A stretch of DNA of 62,270 bases, counting the filler. It is 10 parts of 10 records of this genome, joined end to end, with 100 filler letters (N's around TTAATTAATTAA, not from the genome) between each part and the next. Parts side by side here need not be neighbours in the genome. Positions count along the whole stretch, not along the records: positions 35,682 to 42,356 come from SRR7504441_14735; positions 42,457 to 48,520 come from SRR7504441_14755; 8 more parts are not named here. One strand, given 5' to 3'. A model generated the notes under the pieces. That model ran no database searches, had not been told where the DNA came from, and was given only the letters and a program-made list of their open reading frames with translations. The translations under genes and the position numbers were made by a program. This document shows, piece after piece, positions 35,682 through 45,400 of this stretch (position 1 is its first letter; each line of letters begins with the position of its first letter).

Positions 35682-36487
35682 ATGTCTCGTTCCCGCTGCA
35701 GACGCTGGCCATACACGTAAATTCTATAGACGCGTATGCGGCCGATCCAAAGGTGGAGAGTGCGTTTGAAGTGACAACATTTGCCCGTGTGTGCGTATCC
35801 AGCGCAGTAGTTGTCCGAAACCAAGTTCACGACATCATTCGGCCGGAGCGAAAGGTAAATCCTCGCAGACTTTCCACAGACTAAAGTACCGATCCTGGAG
35901 CAGCTTGACACTTTTGTCTGGGAGCAGCAGCCGCAGCTTGGACCAGAGCTCCGGGTCGGCGCCATACAATATTAGCCCTTCTTCGAAGACCATTTGATCT
36001 TGCCAGCTCCATTCCATCGACAGTCCCTGCCCTGCCTCGCCCCGACCCGACACCCCGACGCACATCCCGCGCCGACAGCTTCATTAGGTACTGCATCGCC
36101 GCCTGCTTACAAGAGCCCTCCTCCCGCCCGGTAGCCTGGGCCATCTCCTGCGCCCCCGGCTGACACCGCGGCCGTCACGCGGCTCGCCTCCCAAAAAGCT
36201 GGTTGGTCCGGCAGCTTGCCGGCCTGCAGGGTGGAGTCGAGCAGCTGGATCATCGCGAGCAGCTGCGGGACCCGCCACCGGTCCTGCCCCCGGCTCCCGC
36301 CGCCGGCTACCTCCCTCCACCTGCAGCAGCGATTTCTCGTCCTGGTCAGCCTGCCCCCGGGCTTAGCCGCGCCCGCCGGGTTAGGGATGGCCTCGAGCTG
36401 GGAGAGCCGCTCTATGGTACGGCTGTTGGTCTGGATCCGGTGACTCCAGTCCAGCAGCTCGTCCCACTCCGGCGGCAGCTCCTCCAT
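35682..36487 (-). CDS. SANT/Myb-domain protein (multi-exon; 3' end uncertain)
   Basis: WSWQDQMVFEEGLILYG...WSKLRLLLPDKSVKLLQDRYF SANT repeat. Confidence 0.65.
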
Positions 36488-36557
36488 CTGTCCACCACCA
36501 GTCCTCACCGGTCTCTCATCAACCGACAACGGCACGACCGCGGCGGTCCGGGGAGCG

Positions 36558-37439
36558 ATGTATGTGATGAGCCTTCTCTTGCTGCCGCTCCGGACGGCCG
36601 GGCACCTGTGCTGCGTGCTGGTGCTGCTCACCGGGGCCGCCTGGTGCTGGCTGTTTGACCGCTCCTTTCGGCTGCTGGCCCGGATCATCCAGCGGCTCAC
36701 CTTGGCCAGCCTGGACATCGACGGCGTGGTCCTCCACTCGCCTCGCCAGGCCCAGCCACCGGTATACGTCAAGGGCAGCCACATCGTCGGGCTGCCCGAG
36801 AGCGGCGACCAGCTAGTCGACGCACCGGCCACTCTGGCTGCCGCCGGCCGATCGGGCGAAGACTTGCTCGTGGCCACACGCCGGCTGATCGAAAGCGAGT
36901 TCGGGGCGCGGCAGCCGGACCTCCTGGCCCCGGATTTCCAGTTCGTGTTCCCGGTGGTCGGCCCGCTGGACAAGCGGCAGTTCTTGGAGGCCTTTACCGG
37001 GTTTGACTTGCGAGAAGCCTTCCCTAGCGCCAGGGGCAACTTCTTCGGGCTGACAATCGATCCGCTGGAGCCCAACCGGGTGTGGTTCTTCTCGCGGGCC
37101 TGGATGCGGCACACCGGCACGCTCAAATTCGGGCCGATTCAGTGCCCTGCCTCCGGGTTGGAGCTGGAGACCGCCCCACAGGTGCTGAGTTGCAGCTTTG
37201 ATGAGCATGGACTGGTTTACAAGCTCACCGGTGGCTATTGCGTGGATCGGACCACAGGGGACACCGACGGGCTCGGCGGGGTGTTTGGACTTATCCACGC
37301 GCTCGGGTACAGCCTACCGTTCCCGGAGGGTCGGCCGTGGCGCCCGTCTCTTGAGTGGGAGGCGCTGGTGAAGCATCTGCCGCAGATCGGACTGGACTGG
37401 CGCAAGGCTGGGCTAGCTGCCGACCCCAAGACAGCCTGA
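36558..37439 (+). CDS. SnoaL/NTF2-like fold protein with N-terminal hydrophobic segment
   Basis: LAPDFQFVFPVVGPL...AFP...IDPLEPNRVWF...HTG...KLTGGYCVDR pattern. Confidence 0.55.
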   Translation: MYVMSLLLLPLRTAGHLCCVLVLLTGAAWCWLFDRSFRLLARIIQRLTLASLDIDGVVLHSPRQAQPPVYVKGSHIVGLPESGDQLVDAPATLAAAGRSGEDLLVATRRLIESEFGARQPDLLAPDFQFVFPVVGPLDKRQFLEAFTGFDLREAFPSARGNFFGLTIDPLEPNRVWFFSRAWMRHTGTLKFGPIQCPASGLELETAPQVLSCSFDEHGLVYKLTGGYCVDRTTGDTDGLGGVFGLIHALGYSLPFPEGRPWRPSLEWEALVKHLPQIGLDWRKAGLAADPKTA

Positions 37440-37622
37440 TGCGGCGGCAAGCGTGCATGTAAGGCGTACTGATTTGATAGTTTCATTTTGTCCCGAGTAC
37501 TGATACTTGGAGTTTCCATCAAGTTCAATTAATTTATTCTTACTCGTATGAGTCATCGTACACCATTGAATGAGGCTCCGCCGATACAAAGAATCGAAGC
37601 GGCGGTTCAGGCAAGCAATTGA

Positions 37623-38789
37623 TTAAACGGCTGATGTCCACCAGGCGGCGATCAGGTGGCCGATCATCACTCCACCCCAGCACAATATCTTGTCGGGCTT
37701 AGACCTCCAAACCCCGAGCGGCTTGTACACGTCATACAGCACCCCCGGGTCCCACTGATTCGTCATGAACCTGCACCGCCCAGTCAATCCCCGAGCCCGC
37801 TGGTGTGTCGGGCACCAGCAATACGTCACATGCCAATATCCTGTGAAGCAGCCGGCCCACAGCCGAGAAAGCCCGTCCGGTGAGCCGCCGGCGTCCCAGC
37901 CGTACCCGTACCCCACACCTAGAACGGCGACAGCATAAGGGATAAAGTGCAGCAGGACGTCGCCACAGTAGAGCACCCAAACTGGCACTTTGCGCCTGCT
38001 CACAAGCCGGGTTGTGTATACCAGCTGATTCAACAGCCACTCGCTCATAAATTCGCGGCACATCCGGTCGCCGGTTTCTTCCAGATCGCCGTAATATAGC
38101 CCGATTACGTCGTTAGCGAGTTCGATGTCTGTTATCATATAGAAGAGATGAATCCCGATCCACAGCCCGAGGGCATTCACCAGTGCCAGCCTCCGGGCAA
38201 TCGGGAAGAACGGGAACAGCGGGAGCAGGAAGAGCGTCTGCAGCCAGACCCAGTGCGTGTAACGATCTCTTCGGCTGCCACCGCCGTACCCCGGAATCGG
38301 GGGGTGCCATTGGGAGCCCTCTTCGGCGTGCCAGAAGTACGCATGCCCAAACTCTCTATCGAAGTGCTTCTCCCAGCCGGCTGGCAACGGCCGATCCCCC
38401 CGGTTCCCCTCGTAATACGAATGGAGGCTCGCCTGGTTGGGTGGCTGCTGCGGGACCGCTTCCTGCGCCCACTGCAAAGCCAGGCTGTACGCAACGAAGA
38501 ACGACCCGAACGTGAGGACAGCCCCGGATATCAGCCGGTGCCCGTCTGGGTAGTGAACATACCCGCGGCGTTCTATCGCCTCGGCGACGGCCGCCCAGGC
38601 CAGCACCAGGGCCAGCCGACGGACGACCCTGCTTTGTGTGAGTCCGGCCCAGGAGGGCAGCCCCGGGCTCAGTTGCCGGACCCAGCCGGCCAAGCTGCTC
38701 AGCGGCTGTTCCACCGGGGGCGGCATGGGCCGCTCCACCTGGACCGCCCGCTTGGAGCCGCCCGAGCGCGCCCGGCCACGTCTAGACAT
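37623..38789 (-). CDS. WW-domain multi-pass membrane protein
   Basis: LPAGWEKHFDREFGHAYFWH...SQWHPP WW domain between TM helices. Confidence 0.7.
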   Translation of the reverse strand: MSRRGRARSGGSKRAVQVERPMPPPVEQPLSSLAGWVRQLSPGLPSWAGLTQSRVVRRLALVLAWAAVAEAIERRGYVHYPDGHRLISGAVLTFGSFFVAYSLALQWAQEAVPQQPPNQASLHSYYEGNRGDRPLPAGWEKHFDREFGHAYFWHAEEGSQWHPPIPGYGGGSRRDRYTHWVWLQTLFLLPLFPFFPIARRLALVNALGLWIGIHLFYMITDIELANDVIGLYYGDLEETGDRMCREFMSEWLLNQLVYTTRLVSRRKVPVWVLYCGDVLLHFIPYAVAVLGVGYGYGWDAGGSPDGLSRLWAGCFTGYWHVTYCWCPTHQRARGLTGRCRFMTNQWDPGVLYDVYKPLGVWRSKPDKILCWGGVMIGHLIAAWWTSAV

Positions 38790-38859
38790 CAGTGCAGACT
38801 GGAGTGAGGAGTGATCCCAACCGGCACACCGTGGTAACGGAAGCCTTCATCTCGCTCAA

Positions 38860-40323
38860 ATGCCAGCGCCACTCAAGGTCTTGTTGACCCTGCTCGCGGC
38901 AGTCCTTCCGCCCGCCGCCAGCCGGATCTGCTCGCAGCAGTTCAGCGCCCACGCCCACGGAGCGGCCGGTGACGGGCTGACGGTGGACACTGATGCCATC
39001 CAGCGGGCGCTGGACGCGGCAGCCGGGGCCGCCCCGGCCTGTGCGGTGCTCCGAGGAGGTGTGTTCGTCTCGGGCACGCTCCGCCTGCCGGCCCGGGTCA
39101 CGCTGTACATAGACAGCACCGCCGTGCTCAAAGCCTCGCTGGACGCCGCGGACTTCCAACGCGACTCTGCCGACTGGCCGGGGCAAGCTGTACTCGTGTC
39201 AGGCAGCTTCGCCGACGGAGCTGCGGTGGCCGGCGGCGGGGCGATCGACGGGCAGGCGCCAATGTTCGTTACATCGCTCGACGGACCGAGCGACCAGCTC
39301 AGATTTGGAGTGGACGATGTGGCGTATCCGGGCATTGATCGGGTGCGGCTGGTCGAGTTCAAACACAGCAAGTCAGTGAGTGTACGGGACGTCACTCTAC
39401 AAGACAGCACTGGATTCCACCTGCATTTCCTCAACTGCAGCGGGGTGCTAGTGGACGGCGTGACCGTAAATGGCGATTTGCGATGGCCGAACAATGATGG
39501 GATCGATGTGACTTCTTGCAACGACACGACCATCCGGAATTGTTTCGTCCAGACAGGCGACGACGCCTTCTCGCCCAAGACATGGCAGGGATACGGCCCG
39601 CTGCACAACCTGACGATCGAGAATTGCCGTTTCAGGGCTCGCAGCGGCGGGATCCACTTTGGGGCTTCGGCATGGTACGACTATGTGAACGTACGCATCA
39701 ACAATGTCGTGGTGATCGATGCGCACAGCGGGCTGCTGGCCCAGGTCCGCGGCCCGGGCTCAATCCGCAACCTGACAGTGACCAACTTTCTTGTCTCCAA
39801 GGCGCTGTTCAATGCTCCATGCAAGCCTTGGATGGGGAATGCAAACCCGATTGCAATCTCTGCAGACCGCTGGTGCGGAGGGCCAGCGCCGTGCGACAAG
39901 CCGGGCACAATCACTGGACTGGTATTTGAGAACGTGACCGCTCAAGCGGAGAACGGTATCTTCATCAGCGGCCGCGCCGGGGGTGTGAGCCACTTGCAAA
40001 TGAAGAGCATCCAACTCGTGCTGCAGCAGCGTCCGCCTAACAACGGCTCGTTCGGACCATGCCCAACTCGTCAATACTGGCCTACTTCTGACCCACCCGG
40101 CTGGTACAACGAGACTGATCTAAGTGTATCGGGCGTGTTTGTGGAGCACGCTACCGACGTTCTGTTTGACGGGTTGAGCGTTAGCTTCGTGGGCTCGCCC
40201 AAGCCCGGGAATGACTTTGGCGAGTGCCTCGCAATAGACGAGCGTACCACCCGAAGTGTGACTGTGGCTCCGGGGACACTGCGTTGTCTTCGGGGTGGGG
40301 GTGCCAAACAACGGCTATTTTGA
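38860..40323 (+). CDS. Secreted GH28 polygalacturonase-like hydrolase
   Basis: Signal peptide, GAAGDGLTVDTDAIQRALD, GGGAIDGQA, NNDGID, TGDDA. Confidence 0.85.
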   Translation: MPAPLKVLLTLLAAVLPPAASRICSQQFSAHAHGAAGDGLTVDTDAIQRALDAAAGAAPACAVLRGGVFVSGTLRLPARVTLYIDSTAVLKASLDAADFQRDSADWPGQAVLVSGSFADGAAVAGGGAIDGQAPMFVTSLDGPSDQLRFGVDDVAYPGIDRVRLVEFKHSKSVSVRDVTLQDSTGFHLHFLNCSGVLVDGVTVNGDLRWPNNDGIDVTSCNDTTIRNCFVQTGDDAFSPKTWQGYGPLHNLTIENCRFRARSGGIHFGASAWYDYVNVRINNVVVIDAHSGLLAQVRGPGSIRNLTVTNFLVSKALFNAPCKPWMGNANPIAISADRWCGGPAPCDKPGTITGLVFENVTAQAENGIFISGRAGGVSHLQMKSIQLVLQQRPPNNGSFGPCPTRQYWPTSDPPGWYNETDLSVSGVFVEHATDVLFDGLSVSFVGSPKPGNDFGECLAIDERTTRSVTVAPGTLRCLRGGGAKQRLF

Positions 40324-41063
40324 TGAATAGACTAGGGCGACAGGCGTCTGGTAGAAATGAACCTTCAATCATAGTGTATTACAAGTTTTACAATGGTTAT
40401 CATGATTTTCATTGATCACCAACTTAGTTTCACGAGACCGTTATATACGTTACGTATGAGTACACTCAATCCTGTTCCGGTAAATTCTTCGATTCTTTTT
40501 CCTACATGGATCAATATTGTTCAAGCTAGGCTCATCCAAACTGAGGTTTGCCCGGGGATCTCATTGCAGTTGGAGGTCCAAGACCATCTACCACCCGAAG
40601 GATAGCCCTGTCTGAAGCAACCATAGCTCCGCTTGACAGTTTGGCACTCGGTCGGCTGGCAGATCTGTTCGTGTGTGCGTCGTGGGCGGCCACCTGCAGC
40701 ATGGCACCATACCCCAAGAAAAAGCTTTGCAAATCAAAAACTCACATCCAGCCCAACGGCAAGAAGGTCAAGAAGTATGAAAATGCCGGCGAGTGGAGGG
40801 ATGGTTCGTGTGACAGTGCTGGTGGCAATTCTGGTCAAGCAAAAGTGACTTCCGAGTGTGCGACCAGTCGCTTGGTCCTAGGTTGCTGGCAGCGGACCGC
40901 AAAATGGGACCGCAAAAGCCGCATCAAGTTTGGGCCATGTGCAGGGAAGATGAGCGCAGCTATGTTGTTTTGATTTATTTCGACGCCGTGATAACGAGTA
41001 GGTGACTAGATCTGCCCCTCAATTTCATGAACTCAAATATCCTATATTTTTATGCTTGAAACC

Positions 41064-42329
41064 TTACATGCGAATCTCTTGTACTAGCGTGAACGAGTGG
41101 AAATACATGGTCACGTTAAAACTTGCGCCGTTGAAGATGAATCGCCTGCCATTAGACTCAAACAAAGTCGGCCGTTGTCGTGAGCTCAGTCTCAATCGAG
41201 CACCAGAGGGCTGCATCGCCAACCAGCACTGCTCATCGGCTGTCCCATCGCCATAGACATTCTCCCCGAAATACCAAGTCCGCATATCAGCCGAAAACAA
41301 ATGCCCACCACCACAAAATTCGTTCCCCACTTTGCATGGCGAGAAGCAAGCCCCGGAGGCCAGCACACACTGCGCAGGGCACGGGCTGGCACCGGCTTGA
41401 TCGGCCACCGCCCGGCGCGTGATTATATGCCAGCCGCGATCGGTCCTGTACAAGAACGGCTGCCCCCCCTCAGTAACCGAGCTGCATGCAGTAGACTAAG
41501 CACTCACGTCCTCCTCATAGATGCTCGGGCTCCCTGCAGCCGTTGGCAGCACTGTCGCTTTCGTGAGAGCATACGGCCCGGCCGGGCGATCCACGTGCCC
41601 GCGATAGATCAGCTGGACCGCGGTTCTGTCTCTCCGGACTGCAACCCACAGCGTTCCGTCTGGTTCAACCCACGGCGCAGGGTTCGTCGGGGCATCCTCC
41701 CCGAAAATGTAATCATGCCTGGTGAACGGCCCTGCTGGTCCGGGCGCCACGGCCACGCTCACCGCATGCGACAGCCGGGAGGGGCAGCCGGCCGGCCTCG
41801 GGCGTGCGGGGTGCGGGTCGGACCCCTCTGCTGACGTCCCGCTGCAATTCAGTAGACACCCCGGAGGGAGTTCTGAGCCAATATGGAACAGCAGCACCGA
41901 CCCATTGGGCGCCAGGACGGCCTGGGGGTTATGCGCGAACCCGGCGAGTGCCACAGCCCGCCGGGTCCACGGACCGAGCGGGTGTGCGGCGGTCAGGTGG
42001 ATAACTTGGCTTGCCTGGTCATACTCAGCCAGCATGCAGTGGTGCGCGATCTCAGTGGCGTACCCGTGATACACCCCGTCCACCGGCCCGACCACGCTCA
42101 TCCCCCACGTGGCGTTGGCTCGCCCGTTGTCCTGCGCAGTGGCTGTCGCCGCGGTCACCTGCTGCCCGAGCCCCGGGGCCGGGAGTAGATCCAGCTGCCC
42201 GCATTGGTGCCCGCGCCAGCCGGGGTCGCACTGGCAGCCAGTTCGGCCCGCTGCACCGTTCAATGAGCAGGCCGGCCCCGCCGCCGAGGCGCAGCCGAGC
42301 AGCACAGCTGTGGCCAGCGGTGCCCACAT
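41064..42329 (-). CDS. Secreted EGF-like + beta-propeller (GH43-like) protein; at least 1 intron
   Basis: Signal peptide, CSLNG...CQCDPGWRG..C, TWGMSVV, AHNPQ, TNPAP, RQRP. Confidence 0.6.
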
Positions 42330-42456
42330 GTTCAACCTGTGAAAGCCAACCCACGCNNNNNNNNNNNNNNNNNNNNNNNNNNNNNNNNNNNNNNNNNNNN
42401 TTAATTAATTAANNNNNNNNNNNNNNNNNNNNNNNNNNNNNNNNNNNNNNNNNNNN

Positions 42457-45400
42457 CCCCCCCCGGGCCCAGGCCGAGAAGGCCGCGCGGGTGGGTCCGG
42501 CCGTTGGTTTGTCCGTTGACGCCGGAGGGCAGCCGCCGCTGCAGACCATCGGACAATCGTCGCCGCTCAAGCAGAGCCGGGCGCTGCTGGCCGAGAAGAA
42601 GGTAACGGACTGTGCTATAAATAGAATGACAACGGACGGCAGGCGCTGGATATGCAGCTGCGAGAGCGCGAGAGCTCCGACCGAGCGCTGAGCCGGTGAT
42701 TTATGCTGATTTATGATTTCTCACGGGTCGGCCAGCGAGCGCGATCGGCTCCAGAAGTCGTTCAACGAGCTGGAAGAGGTGGCGGTTGGGATTTAACGGC
42801 GTTCCAACGGAAACGGCCAGGTTTGGGCGCCGATCGGAGATTTCAAGTACGCGGCGTGTGAAATCGTCTCGGTTGATCCTCATCAAATCGTGCTCATCCG
42901 GAAGGATACCAAGGCGGCTATTAATAGATGTCCGTTGGGAGTAACGGAATAACGGCAGGAGTGCCTGGAGCGCAGCCTGGATGAGCTGCTGCCGGAGGAT
43001 CCGGGCGCGCGCGAGCCACCTGCAAACCTGGTCGAACTGCACAGGATTCAGGAGACACAGCTGCTCGAGGCCACCCGCTACAAGGCGGCCGTTGGGATAT
43101 ATATATAGCCATATGACCGTTGGGACAGGCCAATCAGAACCAATTCTCCACGCTTTGTGGCCCGAACGCGATCGCTCTCTGCAAAGGAGGTGACAGAGAG
43201 GGCGCCATTATTATAATTATTGTTATGATCACCACCCGCTCTAAATTAACGGAATACGGGCAGGCCCGGGGCTGTTGGACGATACAGACACCCACCCGAG
43301 CCGGCTGGAAGCTTTGCTCGACCTTGTCAGGCAGACCAGACGGCGGGCCGTGACGGACGGCCGGGTAGTAGCATCACGGCAGGAGCGGATTCTAACGGAA
43401 TTTCCAGGTGAGGACGTTCGTTTGTTTGGGGGTCTCGGGCTCTGGGAAGAGCCTGGCGTCGCGGGCGATCACACAGGTGTGCATAGTTGTTTGATTTATT
43501 GATTTATTGATTAATCCGGTGGTCAGGCGATAATCCAGCCCGACCCCGCCACCGGCCACCTTCCCAACGATCGAGTGCTTACTCTGAGCGCCGCCATGAC
43601 CACTGTGCTCGATGCCTTCGGGTGCGATTATGACTGATTTATTGATTATTAATTCATCCGGGCAGCTGCTGTGCAAGCGGGCAGACACGTAACTCTTCAA
43701 GGTTCGGCGCTTTGTATGAGCTACAACTATCCAAGTGCCGCGCGCCCGACCCGGCGTCGCCCCCAGACGAGAAATGGCTGATGGACGGCTCCGAGGTGTG
43801 ACTGATTTTAATTCAATTTCGATTTAATCCGGTGGCAGGTGTCTGGAATCTCTCTAAGCACTTTCGGGCTGGAGACACACACGGTGATTCGAATCAATCC
43901 CCAACCGCTTTTTTAACGGCAACGGCAGGTTGTGGAGCAGCTGCCTGGTCAGAGCAACTTCAACGTCTTTTACCTGCTCTGCCACTCGTGTCAAGAGGAA
44001 GGTGGCCCGATCTGGCTTAATAAGCGAATTAATCCGCCGGCCCAGGCGCCGGGCTAGAAGCTCTAAAGCTCCGAGCTTCGGCCAACTTTAACTTCCTCAA
44101 AAACGCCGCCCCGCCCGGCAAACCGACCGAGGCAGTGTCGCAGTTCATCGCGCTCCAGGCCAGCTGGGTGGTCGGGTGGGATTGAAGGTTGGAGCAGGGA
44201 GCGATGGAGGAGATGCTGTTCGACGTGGTCGAAATCGAGGTCCCAACCGCATTTCCAACGGCTTTTAACGGAATTTCAGGCCGCCTGGTGTGTGCTCGCG
44301 GCCATTCTGCACCTGGGGCAACTCGAGTTCGGTGCGCTGTGCTAAAAATAGCCGGAAATTCCGAACTGAATCCCAACTGACAGTGCTCGGGACCGACGGC
44401 GTGACAGCCCAGCCGATCTCCACTGTCAAGACAGGTGCTTCTGTGCTATAAATAGCCGGATTCTAACTGCATCCAACGGACAGTGGCCATGCTGCTGAAG
44501 ATTGACGCGGTCAAGGCCCACACCGAGCTGTGCTCGCTCGGAGACAAGTGGGACAAGGTATCCCAACGGCTTTTAACGGCATTTACAACGGCATTCAGGT
44601 GATGGGTGCCCGGTACGCGCGTCCGGAGCTGGCGGCGTGCGCCAGCCGCGACGCGCTGTGCCGCATTCTGTACCAGCGGCTGTTCAACTTCATCGTGCAG
44701 CGAGTGAACGACACGCTGTGCGCCGAGCAATCGGACGGTTTTCTAACGGCATTTAACGACATCTAACGGCATTCAGGTATCCTGGCGGTGCTGGATCCTC
44801 CGGGCGGGCTGGCCCAGAGCGGAGCGGGTGGGCTCGGGTCGATGCAGGTGGTTTATTTATAGATTTAATTCTAATTGAATCTGTGCAGCTGCTGCTGAGG
44901 AACTTCTCACACGAGCGAATGCAGCAGCACTTTTGTCAGCAGGCAACCGACACTTAACTGCATTTTAACGGCATTGCTAAGCAGTGTAAGGTGTAGTTTG
45001 CCGCCATTGCTGAATCCCCAACCGCCTTGATTAACTGCTTTCGGTTGCAGATGTTCGTGCTACAGAAGAATCGGATGAAGGAAGAGGGCATCGTCTCCCT
45101 CAACGATCTCGAGTTCCCAGACAACGACCAGGCGGCTCGATCTAAAAATAGAACAATCTCAACGGTTTCCGTTGCCAGGTGCTCGAACTGCTCGAGAGAA
45201 GGAGCAGCGGAATGCTCGGGATAATCGAAGAGGTCGAGGGCCTTCCGCAGGTGCAACAATCTATAAATAACCCAGTCCCAACGGACTTTTGTGCAGTCGC
45301 GGCCAGAGGCGCTGTTCCAGAAGCTTCAATCTCTGTTCACAGGGCACCCGAACTTTGTGTCCAGCCAGCCGGAGCGTGGCACTCGGCTGTGCACGGTCGA

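Noticed and set aside
40548-40973. 141-aa ORF between GH28 and GH43-like genes
   Set aside because: No recognisable motif or reliable start; cannot be supported as a gene.
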